This document shows positions 17,966-27,075 of a stretch of DNA of 64,000 nucleotides, one piece after another. Under the pieces are notes generated by a model. That model was given only the letters and a program-made list of their open reading frames with translations. It had not been told where the DNA came from and ran no database searches. The position numbers and the translations under genes were made by a program. Where the stretch lies: positions 32,001 to 96,000 of the forward strand of contig CAVYYZ010000006.1 in the NCBI GenBank assembly GCA_963772835.1, in the 5' to 3' direction. The stretch's first letter is position 1, and each line of letters starts with the position of its first letter. The stretch comes from an uncultured delta proteobacterium. Lineage in GTDB: Bacteria > Desulfobacterota > Desulfuromonadia > Geobacterales > Pseudopelobacteraceae.

Positions 17966-19174
17966 TTACTCCTCGATTATTGGTATGGTTTGTCCGTGCG
18001 GAGCACGATTGAAGAGGCCTCGAAGGCTCTTCTTGACGCCGCTGATCACAAACGGCGTCAGGCGGTGCTTTTCCTTGAGGATTTGCACGTACAGATCTTT
18101 CCGTTTCAGCGGCGGCAGTACTTTGTCTGCTGCGGGAACCATCGTGAGAGCCGTCTGTTTGCAGACGCTGATGCAGGCGCCGCAACCGAGGCATATTTCT
18201 CCTGTAACAACTGCGTAGCGGTCGCTCTTCTGCTCGAACGATACACCGTCTGGCAGTTTGATTGCCTTGACGTTACAGGCGCGGAAGCAGACCCCGCAGC
18301 CGTTGCATCGTTCCGGGTCTATAACGGCGCGGAAACCGGTTTTGCCGATGCCGTTATGGTAGCCCATCTGCACGCCTGCCAGCAGTTCGCAACAGCAGCT
18401 GCAGCAGTTGCAGATAAAGGATGGTTTGTGGCGTATATTGTCGGTAATATGGGTGAGGTTGTATCCTCTGGCGGTGTCAAGAACCGCCAGCAGTTCGTCC
18501 ACACTTTTCTCCTGCGCAAAACCCCGCCGAGACATGAAACGTGCCGCGCTGCCGAGGGAAATGCAGATGCCGTCCACCGGGGCGCCCTTGCCGCAGGTCT
18601 CGCTCAGGTGTTCTTTCTTGTGACGACAGTAGCACATTCCGACCGCACCAAAACCGGCCTCCCGGATAATATCCCTCGCCCGCTCATAACTGGTGACTTC
18701 GGAGGTGACCGGGATATGCTCCTCATACATCAGCGAGCGGGTCAGCGGTGTTGTGCTGCCGAAAAATTCTCCTGCCTGGCTTTCCTCCAGATACTCCCGC
18801 ATAAGGAGTGCAAGGCGCTCAAGCGGCAGGTCGCTGCGGTTTTTCATGAAGGTGAACTCAAAGAAGCCGATCAACCCCGGCAGCAGCAGATAATAAACCT
18901 CTCCGCTATAGGGCATATCCATAACCAGCCCCTTGTCTGCCATCTTCTCAAGTAGTGGCTGCAGTTCCTTTGCCGGAATTTTTGTCAGGCGAACCAGCTC
19001 CGGAAGTGTCGCTTCTTCGAGAGGAAAGCGGGAGGCAATAAACGCTTCGCGCTCGTCAAAAAGGAGCGAAAGGATCTCGCGCAGCTTTTCACTGTTGACG
19101 AGGCCGATCGGATACTTGTTGAGCCGGTCGATCAGAGGTACGATGCTGCTTTTGGAACCGAGGTGGTGACCCAT
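17966..19174 (-). CDS. Cys-rich 4Fe-4S ferredoxin-domain protein
   Basis: CYCR..C..C, CNCCSCCC, CNGCGVC..AC and CLGCGAC..VC motifs; helical N-terminal domain. Confidence 0.85.
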   Translation of the reverse strand: MGHHLGSKSSIVPLIDRLNKYPIGLVNSEKLREILSLLFDEREAFIASRFPLEEATLPELVRLTKIPAKELQPLLEKMADKGLVMDMPYSGEVYYLLLPGLIGFFEFTFMKNRSDLPLERLALLMREYLEESQAGEFFGSTTPLTRSLMYEEHIPVTSEVTSYERARDIIREAGFGAVGMCYCRHKKEHLSETCGKGAPVDGICISLGSAARFMSRRGFAQEKSVDELLAVLDTARGYNLTHITDNIRHKPSFICNCCSCCCELLAGVQMGYHNGIGKTGFRAVIDPERCNGCGVCFRACNVKAIKLPDGVSFEQKSDRYAVVTGEICLGCGACISVCKQTALTMVPAADKVLPPLKRKDLYVQILKEKHRLTPFVISGVKKSLRGLFNRAPHGQTIPIIEE

Positions 19175-19185
19175 GGTATGTTCCT

Positions 19186-19962
19186 TCAGTCAAATTGAGA
19201 AAAATCAGGTTTTCGCCGTTCCATAAACGCCTTCAGTGCTTCGGCGGCTTCCGGCGACTTCAATCGGGACATAAACTGCTTCCCCTCTTCGATGATGGTT
19301 TCCCGTAACGGCATCGCATAGTCACGCTTGAGCAGATTCTTGGCCAGTCGCACCGCTGCCGCCGGTTGCGCCGCCAGCTGCAGTGCCCTTTTTCGTGCGG
19401 TTGCGAGTACTTCCCCGTCCGGGCAGACAGCGGTCACTATCCCGACGGCACAGGCTGTATCAGCGCCGAACACCTCGCCCAGCAGCAGCAGTTCTGCTGC
19501 CCGCTGGTGTCCCATGATACGGGGAAGGAGGAGTGTGGAGCCGGCCTCCGGGCAGAGCCCCAGGTTGACGAACGGCATCTGGAATGTCGCACTGTTGCCG
19601 GCATATACCAGTTCACAGTGCAGCAGCATGGTGACGCCTACTCCGACCGCCAGGCCATTCACCGCTGCTACAATCGGCTTGCGGGCCTCGCTGACAGCAA
19701 TCAGGAACTGCATGACCGGACTGTTCTGGCCGGTTGGCGGGGCTGTGAGGAAATCGGCCAGGTCATTGCCGCTGGTGAAACAGTCATCTCCTCCGCACAC
19801 AAGGATTACCCGAACCTGATCATCATCATCGGCCTTGTGTAAACCGTCGGCAAGGGCCTGATACATGTGAAGATTCAGGGCATTCTTCTTGTCCGGCCGG
19901 TTGATGCGGAGCGTAAGGATATTCTCGCTGAGTTCGCTTTGGATCTGATCGGTACTGCTCAT
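19186..19962 (-). CDS. Enoyl-CoA hydratase/isomerase (crotonase family)
   Basis: INRPDKKNAL, FTSGNDL, KPIVAAVNG.AVGVG, PFVNLGLCPEAGS. The single Glu suggests a delta3-delta2 isomerase type. Confidence 0.88.
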   Translation of the reverse strand: MSSTDQIQSELSENILTLRINRPDKKNALNLHMYQALADGLHKADDDDQVRVILVCGGDDCFTSGNDLADFLTAPPTGQNSPVMQFLIAVSEARKPIVAAVNGLAVGVGVTMLLHCELVYAGNSATFQMPFVNLGLCPEAGSTLLLPRIMGHQRAAELLLLGEVFGADTACAVGIVTAVCPDGEVLATARKRALQLAAQPAAAVRLAKNLLKRDYAMPLRETIIEEGKQFMSRLKSPEAAEALKAFMERRKPDFSQFD

Positions 19963-19979
19963 AACGCGCTCCTTACTAT

Positions 19980-20366
19980 TTATGCCATCGCTGTAATGAT
20001 TTCCGGAATGGCTACAGTCTTGTTCTTTATGCTGTCAAAGCAGACCATTGTGGTGCGGGCGGTTGCATAGGTTCTCTCCTGGTCGTCATGGATCCGGTAT
20101 TCCAGATTGAAGCTCGATCGCCCCGTTTTGGCTATCCAGAGAGTAACAATGACGACGTCATAGAGTGTAATCGGGATTTTGAAGTCGCATTCAGCCCGTG
20201 CGACAAGGGTAAAAATGCCATGCTGTGTAACTTCCCGAAAAAAATCACTGAACAGCTTGACCCGCGCCGTTTCCAGATAGGTGAAATAGACTGCGCTGTT
20301 GACATGACCATAGGCGTCGAGATCGGAAAACCGCAATTCAATCGGGGTGGAATAGGTCTGCGGCAT
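19980..20366 (-). CDS. Acyl-CoA thioesterase (hotdog, YbgC/FadM family)
   Basis: LRFSDLDAYGHVNSAVYFTYLETAR. Confidence 0.9.
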   Translation of the reverse strand: MPQTYSTPIELRFSDLDAYGHVNSAVYFTYLETARVKLFSDFFREVTQHGIFTLVARAECDFKIPITLYDVVIVTLWIAKTGRSSFNLEYRIHDDQERTYATARTTMVCFDSIKNKTVAIPEIITAMA

Positions 20367-20398
20367 CTTCTGCTCCTTCGTAAGCGGGAATCTGTTAT

Positions 20399-21361
20399 TT
20401 ACGTCGTCTGGCCGGAGGGCGCTTCGTGTACGCGCATATTGTCTTTTTCAGGACAGGAGTAATACTCCCCCTGCAGCCATTTCAGAACTCCGGGGAAATG
20501 GTCCTGTCCGGCATCCGGATGAGTCAGCATAGTTATGTGGTCGTAGTCATGCCGGTTGCCGTTACTGCGTGAGAGCACAGTATACCGGCACCGCTGCCTT
20601 CCGGAGGATTCCATGAAATCGCGCACATCATGGGGATGCCCGAGGGCATGGTCGTTCTCAGCGGCGATATACCATATCGGCGGGAGGGCTCTCTTTTTGA
20701 CAGCCGCACCGTAATCGAATCCATCGTCGGAATCGATCCAGGCATCATTCTTTACCCAGTCGGCACTCTGCCAATACGATTTGACCGTTTCGCTGTCAGA
20801 GCCGATGCGAAGCCGGCGTGCCGGGAGATAGCCGAACATGACGCATGCAAGGGGACAGAGGAACTTCCAGACAAAGCCCACCTTGAGTATCCGCTGGATG
20901 TTCCAAACGCGGATAGTTCGTTTGCTCCCGAAATATACCAGTGAACCGACCAGCGTTGTGTACTCGGGAAACCGCGCCAGAACTGATGAGGAAAGGACTC
21001 CCCCCCACGAATGGGCCACCCAGTGTTGCGGTACGGGACCTCGAAGCCTTTTGATCGTCTCGACGAATGCCGGGATATCCTCGGTAATCGCCTCGGTCTG
21101 GCCGAAACGCGAACCCCGGTCTATGGGCGGTGTACTCCTGCCGCGTCCGCGCAGGTCGGCCACATAGACGTCAAACCCGTTGAGCGCCAGGTAGGGTGCC
21201 AGTCCCCTCATTGACCCGGAGTAGAATATGCGACCGTTCTCGATGGCACCGTGCAGCATGAGAACCGGGGGTCCCGATTCCGGTCCGGTGAACCTCTGAA
21301 GGTTGAGAATATCACCACCCGTCAGCGGCACCCGAATTGACTGTTGCTTGACCGTCCGCAT
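20399..21361 (-). CDS. Alpha/beta-fold hydrolase
   Basis: MLHG, DLRGRGRS, AHSWGG nucleophile elbow, YDH. Confidence 0.85.
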   Translation of the reverse strand: MRTVKQQSIRVPLTGGDILNLQRFTGPESGPPVLMLHGAIENGRIFYSGSMRGLAPYLALNGFDVYVADLRGRGRSTPPIDRGSRFGQTEAITEDIPAFVETIKRLRGPVPQHWVAHSWGGVLSSSVLARFPEYTTLVGSLVYFGSKRTIRVWNIQRILKVGFVWKFLCPLACVMFGYLPARRLRIGSDSETVKSYWQSADWVKNDAWIDSDDGFDYGAAVKKRALPPIWYIAAENDHALGHPHDVRDFMESSGRQRCRYTVLSRSNGNRHDYDHITMLTHPDAGQDHFPGVLKWLQGEYYSCPEKDNMRVHEAPSGQTT

Positions 21362-21373
21362 GTAAACCTTTTG

Positions 21374-21931
21374 TTATTCCTTGCCGAGCATCCCTTTTTT
21401 GAGTGAGTCGTCAGCCGGTTTATCACCAAGATAGATGGCAAGAACCCCTTTTGCCAGCCTGGCGGATGGAACAATCCCCAGTACTTTGCTGTTATGGCTG
21501 GCAGAAACAGAGCCGTCTGCCCCGAGGGTCAGATCTACAACATCTCCCCGGTTAAAATCGGCCGTAAAGAGCGAAAGAAACTTTTTTTCTTCAGGGGAGC
21601 CGACCAGATCGGGAGAATTATTAGCCAAACCTTCACTGAAGGCCTCAATTATTTTTTCTTTATCCACTTTTGAGTGCAGGAAATTCATCCGGATCAGCTT
21701 ATCGCCGCCGTCTTTCAGTGCCTCAGCGGCCGAAGAGAGGTGTTTCGAAGCATACAACGATCCAATGTAGATTTTCATAAAGAACTTTTTCCTGATACCG
21801 TACCCATTCAATTTCAGCTGCTGGCTGTTTACTGTAACGACCGGATCCAACAGAACTCCGGCCGCTTCAACCGCCGGTGACTGGCCTGCACAAAACAGTG
21901 TCAGAATAAGTGCCGCGAACAGATTTCTCAT
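21374..21931 (-). CDS. Periplasmic chalcone-isomerase-fold protein
   Basis: Signal peptide MRNLFAALILTLFCAGQSPA; LKLNGYGIRKKFFMKIYIGSLY; IYLGDKPAD.SLKKGMLG. Confidence 0.82.
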   Translation of the reverse strand: MRNLFAALILTLFCAGQSPAVEAAGVLLDPVVTVNSQQLKLNGYGIRKKFFMKIYIGSLYASKHLSSAAEALKDGGDKLIRMNFLHSKVDKEKIIEAFSEGLANNSPDLVGSPEEKKFLSLFTADFNRGDVVDLTLGADGSVSASHNSKVLGIVPSARLAKGVLAIYLGDKPADDSLKKGMLGKE

Positions 21932-21956
21932 AATAAGCTCCTCCGGAGGTACAATT

Positions 21957-23960
21957 TCAGCCGATCTCGCGACCTGCTGTAAAACCCTGATGAATTGCAT
22001 CAAAAACCATTGCAGGCAAAAGAGCGTCTCCCGCAACACGGAACGGAATGACGGCAGCTGCTACGATTTCCTGAAGCGGATTGTGGCACCGTGTTCCGAC
22101 AGCCAGAACGACCGAGTCGGCTGGAATATCCTCAATTCTCCCCTCATATTCAATTCTTACGCTCCTGGCAGTGATTTCAATCACCCGGGCCGCTGCCCGT
22201 GTCCGGACGCCAGACCTCTCCACATCCTGCATCATCCCCCAGCGGGTGCTCTTGCCGAAGTTTTTTCCCAGTTCGCCCAGCATTTCGATTACGGTGACTT
22301 CTTTGCTCCCCCGGGTAGCCAGGCTATACAGATCATCAATGGACTCGGCCCCATGGATAAGCAGAAACTTGAGCGCCTCACCGGAAAGTGTGCCTTTCTC
22401 CGCGAGGAACAGTGCGGTTTCGACGCCTACCGCTCCTCCTCCGATGACTACCACTCTCTGCCCTGCTGCGACATCTTCTGTCAGAATATCCCAGGCCTGT
22501 ACAACGTGCGGCATATCGGCACCGGGTACAGACAGTGCGATCGGCCGGCCGCCGGTCGCTATAATAACTGCATCCGGGCGAACGCCCTTGAAAAACTGAC
22601 CATCAACGTGTGAGCCCAGTACGATTGTGGCACCGGATAATTCTACCTGCCGTTCCAGATCTGCCGCCAGTTCGAGGAACTCCTCCCGTCCGGGAGGAGC
22701 GCCCGCCAGCAGAAGCTGCCCGCCAAGGCGGCTATTCGATTCGTGGAGAGTGACCCTGTGCCCGCGTTCAGCTGCAGAAATCGCAGCGCTCATTCCGGCC
22801 GCTCCGCCGCCGACAACGGTAACGTTCAGCGGGTGATCGGTTTTAGAGGAAGCCCGAGAACGTTCATACCCCGCCCGGGGGTTACAGAGACACTCCACCG
22901 CCTTCATCTTGAAAAGGTTGTCGAAGCAGCCCTGAGCACAGGCCACGCAATGGACGATATCGGTCTCTCTCCTGCTCCTGGCTTTCTCGGGAAACCAGGG
23001 GTCAGCAATCAGCGCCCGACCTACAGCTACCATGTCGCACAGACCATCTGCTATCATACCCCGAGCCATATGCGGGTCATTGATGCGGTGGCTGGCGATG
23101 ACCGGTATACTCACGCGCTCTTTGATGCCGCGGGCCAGATAGCCGAAGACGCCGCGCGGCACTTCAGTGACGATCTGCGGTACCTGTGCTTCATGCCATC
23201 CGACATTTATGCTGAGTGCATCCACTCCGGCTTCTGCCAGTCTGACTGCGTACTCTTGAAGATCCGCTCGGGTTGATCCACCCTTCATGAATTCGTTGCC
23301 GTTCATTCTGACCAGCAGCGGAAACTCTGCACCTACTGCAGAACGGACCGCCCGTATGACTTCCATACCGAAACGTATGCGCCCCTCAAAATCGCCTCCA
23401 TACCGGTCCTCCCGTTTGTTGGTGAGCGGTGAGAGAAATTCACTGATCAGGTAGCCGGTCCCGGAGAGGATCTCGACAGCGTCGAAACCGGCTTCCCTGA
23501 CCCGTTCTGCCGCCCGGGAAAAGTGCGAGATGATTTCCTCTATTTCCGGTATTTCAAGTTCGTGCGGTGTTTCACGGGTCAGCCGTGACGCGATGGGGGA
23601 AGGCGCTACGGGTTGTTTGCCGCCGATCAGCATGGAGTGATTGTACCGTCCGGCATGATTCAGCTGGACCGAGGAGCGGGCGCCATTCTCGCGGATAGCG
23701 GTTGCAAGACGTGCCAGGCCGGGGATGTAACTGTCCTTGTGGGCGCCGATGTTGCCCGGATTTCCGGAGCGCTCATCAATCGTTGCATACCCGACAGTGA
23801 TCATTCCGGCCCCGCCACGGGCCCGCTCGGCGTAGAAATCCACCAGACGGTCACCCACCGCATAATTCCCGGCCATATTCAGGTGCATGGCAGGCATGTA
23901 AATGCGGTTCTTCACTTCCATGCGGTTGATGGTAATCGGCTGAAAAAGCGGGTCACTCAT
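21957..23960 (-). CDS. fadH: 2,4-dienoyl-CoA reductase (NADH:flavin oxidoreductase, FadH-like)
   Basis: OYE barrel (FYAERARGGAG, GYLISEFLSP.TN.RED.YGG, GWHEA), CVACAQGC...CLCNP cluster, two GGG Rossmann motifs. Confidence 0.85.
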   Translation of the reverse strand: MSDPLFQPITINRMEVKNRIYMPAMHLNMAGNYAVGDRLVDFYAERARGGAGMITVGYATIDERSGNPGNIGAHKDSYIPGLARLATAIRENGARSSVQLNHAGRYNHSMLIGGKQPVAPSPIASRLTRETPHELEIPEIEEIISHFSRAAERVREAGFDAVEILSGTGYLISEFLSPLTNKREDRYGGDFEGRIRFGMEVIRAVRSAVGAEFPLLVRMNGNEFMKGGSTRADLQEYAVRLAEAGVDALSINVGWHEAQVPQIVTEVPRGVFGYLARGIKERVSIPVIASHRINDPHMARGMIADGLCDMVAVGRALIADPWFPEKARSRRETDIVHCVACAQGCFDNLFKMKAVECLCNPRAGYERSRASSKTDHPLNVTVVGGGAAGMSAAISAAERGHRVTLHESNSRLGGQLLLAGAPPGREEFLELAADLERQVELSGATIVLGSHVDGQFFKGVRPDAVIIATGGRPIALSVPGADMPHVVQAWDILTEDVAAGQRVVVIGGGAVGVETALFLAEKGTLSGEALKFLLIHGAESIDDLYSLATRGSKEVTVIEMLGELGKNFGKSTRWGMMQDVERSGVRTRAAARVIEITARSVRIEYEGRIEDIPADSVVLAVGTRCHNPLQEIVAAAVIPFRVAGDALLPAMVFDAIHQGFTAGREIG

Positions 23961-24910
23961 AGCTCTCTCCCTTTTATTGATACGGCCTCGTACAATCCAC
24001 TCACCTGATCAAACAGCCCGATCTGTTCCAGCGATGCCCTGAGCAGGGCCGGATTTTCAAGAAGATCCAGCATGAAAACGATCTCTGAAATTTTCAGGTA
24101 GATGAAAAACGGCTCGACCAGCCTCCCCCTGAAAAGCTGTTCAACGATGTCGTTAAGAGGCAGACTTCTGAAGGGGATCAACTGAACCACACGTTCCAGC
24201 AGGGTTTTGACGTAATAAAGCAGGGCATCATCAACACTTTCGACATACCGGCGGTGACCCGGCATGATGGACCGCCCGCGGAGCCCTGCCAGATTAAGCA
24301 GAGAACGGCAGTAGGCATCGTAATTTCTGAAACGCCCGGTAAAGTTTTCCAGATCAATATCAAGCAGGGGGGCCTGAAAAATATTTCTGAGGAGGATGTC
24401 ACCGGTAACCGCCGAATCACCGACCAGATACACCAGATCACTTTGGGAGTGTCCCGGACAGGGGAGATAACGGATTCCGAGCCCGGCCAGCTCATCAGAT
24501 TCTTCTACAATCCGGAAACGCTCCGGAATGGCGGGGAAAATCTTGTTCCGTTCAAACGATTCCCGCAACTGTGCGGCGAAATCATCCCCATATCCGTATC
24601 CGTTTAGTAATTCTGCCATCCGCTCCATCCGTTCGGCGTGGCGCTCAAATTTGATGGCGTCCCTGCGCGGGATGAATACCTCTGCATCGCTGTGCTGAAG
24701 GATGAAGTTAGCCAGGCCGTAGTGATCCACATGGCAATGGGTGATACAGACGAATTTCAACCGCTTGAGATCGACTTCGTCAAGCAGGCAGGATTCCCCC
24801 TCCGGTGTGGGAGGACCGGTGTCGAACAGCACCAGGTCGCCGTCAAGTTCGGTGCTGTAGAGGTGTACTTCGCCGACTATGTAGGGGGTTTGCACGGTGT
24901 GCTGGCGCAT
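23957..24910 (-). CDS. Metallo-beta-lactamase-fold hydrolase
   Basis: DTGP, THCHVDH, PGHS, TGD, PGH. ATG at 24910 follows GGAG; an alternative TTG start is at 24931. Confidence 0.85.
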   Translation of the reverse strand: MRQHTVQTPYIVGEVHLYSTELDGDLVLFDTGPPTPEGESCLLDEVDLKRLKFVCITHCHVDHYGLANFILQHSDAEVFIPRRDAIKFERHAERMERMAELLNGYGYGDDFAAQLRESFERNKIFPAIPERFRIVEESDELAGLGIRYLPCPGHSQSDLVYLVGDSAVTGDILLRNIFQAPLLDIDLENFTGRFRNYDAYCRSLLNLAGLRGRSIMPGHRRYVESVDDALLYYVKTLLERVVQLIPFRSLPLNDIVEQLFRGRLVEPFFIYLKISEIVFMLDLLENPALLRASLEQIGLFDQVSGLYEAVSIKGREL

Positions 24911-25063
24911 GATGCTCCGATAATGTGACAATACACAGATGCAATAGAACGCAGACCAAATCAGAAAAAACCGTAATATACGGATCTGGTACAGGTACCC
25001 TGCTTGATCCGGATGTGTCCGTTACATCCGGTTTTTCCGCGTTCTATTGCAGTCCAGGCCTAC

Positions 25064-26842
25064 TTAAAATATGTACTTATCCGCTTCGAGCGAAGCCGCC
25101 GCCAGCTGACGTTTTGCCTTGAGCAGGCCGGTGGCATCGTACTTGGTAAACCTGCGGATCCCCGCCAGCAGCATGGTAAGGGTATCCCCCTCCTCGATAT
25201 AGTAAGCTGCCCGACGCGCGGCGGATGCCGCTTTTTCTGTGCCATTGAAGGTGAACACCTTCACGGCGGCGCTGACGGAGATCTTTTTGCTGTCGCTCAG
25301 TTTCGGAAGGATTTTCTCTGCACGCAGGACGGCGCTTTCGATCGCAAAGATGTTGATAGCCAGATCCGCTACGGCCAGCAGAATTTCCTGCTCGTCTTTG
25401 ATCGTATCCATGAATTTCTGTACGCCGCTGCCGGCAATTACCAGGAAAGCCTGTTTCAAACTGGCGATCAGAGCTTTTTCCGCCGCAAACGGCACGGAAT
25501 CGTCACGTTCATCAAAGGATGGCGACATCAGGGATTCAAAGGCTTTCATCGCCTCTTTCTGAAGCGGGATCTCCCCTTTCATGGCGCGGCGGAGAATTAT
25601 GCCGGGGATCAACAGGCGGTTGATTTCGTTGGTTCCTTCCCAGATCCGGTTGATTCTCTCGTCACGGTAATATCCCTCAGCGGCGTATTCCTGGATAAAT
25701 CCGTAGCCGCCGTGAATCTGTACGACCGCATCGACGACATCCGCCAGCATCTCACTGCATAACACTTTGACGATGGCGCATTCGACGGAATATTCCTCGA
25801 TTCCCTGCTGATATGTTTCGTAGTAGTCATCCGTACCTTTCGGGAGAGTGGCGAGGCGATCGTCGATCAGGCCTGCCAGTCGATAAACAACCGATTCCGA
25901 TGCGAAGATGGCTGCGCTCATGTCGGCAATCTTTTCCTGAATGGCGCCGAAGGTGCCGATGGTCACGCCGAAGGCTTTGCGCTCGTTGGCATATTTTATT
26001 CCGGTGGTGAGTGCTGTCTTTGCGGCGCCGGTGGCGCCCGCTCCAAGTTTGAAGCGTCCGACATTCAGGACGTTGAAGGCGATCTTGTGTCCCTTTCCGA
26101 TTTCTCCCAGCAGATTTTCAACAGGTACTTTGGCATCTTCAAGAATGATCTGGGTGGTGGACGATCCCCTGACCCCCATCTTGTTCTCTTCAGGTCCCAC
26201 GCTCAGCCCTTCAGTCGTCCGTTCCACCAGGAAACCGGTGAAGTGCTGCTTGTCGATTTTGGCAAAAACGGTGAAGAAATCGGCGATGCCGCCGTTGGTG
26301 ATAAACTGTTTGGTGCCGTTGAGGATATAGTACTTTCCATCCGGGGAGAGGATGGCGCTTGCCGAGGCACCAAGCGCGTCGCTCCCGGAGCCTGGTTCGG
26401 TCAGGCAGTAGGCCGCAATCCATTCTCCGGAAATGATCTTGTGCAGATACCGCTCTTTCTGCTCTTTCGTGCCGTAATAAACCAGCGGGAGCGTGCCGAT
26501 ACCGGTATGTGCCGAGTAGGTGACAGAAAATGAGCCGGCCTGGGCCAGTTTTTCGGCGGCCAGCATGCTGGTCGCTTTGTCCAGTTCCAGACCGCCATAC
26601 TCCTCGGGGGCATCAATCATGAGCAGCCCGAGCTCTCCGCACTTCTTCATAAGTTCTACCGTCAGCGGAAGATTATGATGCTCGATCTCCTCACGATGCG
26701 GGATAACCTCATTCAGGACAAACTGCTCGGTCGTATCGCCGATCTGGCGCTGCTCGTCACTGAAATCCTCCGGTGTGAAAATGTCGTTTTTATCAGCTTC
26801 TATTATCAGATATTCGGCACCTTTGAATAGTTTTGCAGCCAT
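25064..26842 (-). CDS. Acyl-CoA dehydrogenase (long, Bacillus FadE-like)
   Basis: AYCLTEPGSGSDA, LNGTKQFITN, KMGVRGSST, QIHGGYGF, RINRIWEGTNEI. Confidence 0.92.
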   Translation of the reverse strand: MAAKLFKGAEYLIIEADKNDIFTPEDFSDEQRQIGDTTEQFVLNEVIPHREEIEHHNLPLTVELMKKCGELGLLMIDAPEEYGGLELDKATSMLAAEKLAQAGSFSVTYSAHTGIGTLPLVYYGTKEQKERYLHKIISGEWIAAYCLTEPGSGSDALGASASAILSPDGKYYILNGTKQFITNGGIADFFTVFAKIDKQHFTGFLVERTTEGLSVGPEENKMGVRGSSTTQIILEDAKVPVENLLGEIGKGHKIAFNVLNVGRFKLGAGATGAAKTALTTGIKYANERKAFGVTIGTFGAIQEKIADMSAAIFASESVVYRLAGLIDDRLATLPKGTDDYYETYQQGIEEYSVECAIVKVLCSEMLADVVDAVVQIHGGYGFIQEYAAEGYYRDERINRIWEGTNEINRLLIPGIILRRAMKGEIPLQKEAMKAFESLMSPSFDERDDSVPFAAEKALIASLKQAFLVIAGSGVQKFMDTIKDEQEILLAVADLAINIFAIESAVLRAEKILPKLSDSKKISVSAAVKVFTFNGTEKAASAARRAAYYIEEGDTLTMLLAGIRRFTKYDATGLLKAKRQLAAASLEADKYIF

Positions 26843-27075
26843 GATGTCACCTCGTTTTTGTAATGGTTACGCGTCGCTACGGTAGTAAACTGCAAAATCT
26901 GTGTTACAGGGATGAAGGAGATAACTATAATAGACTGGAAGCTTTTGTATGGATTAGAACAAAAAAGTCTTTATGGTTGTATCTCCGTAATCTTTTTTCT
27001 CCCTGTAATGAATATTGTTGGTTATGTTCTGTTTTGCTTACTGATACCAATGTACAAAAGCATGTTCTCCGACTC

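Noticed and set aside
17921..18955. Long antisense ORFs (also 71-811, 25004-25762, 31126-32286, 35519-36520, 46595-47326, 56347-57285)
   Set aside because: They are shadows of well-supported genes on the opposite strand and have no recognisable motifs.
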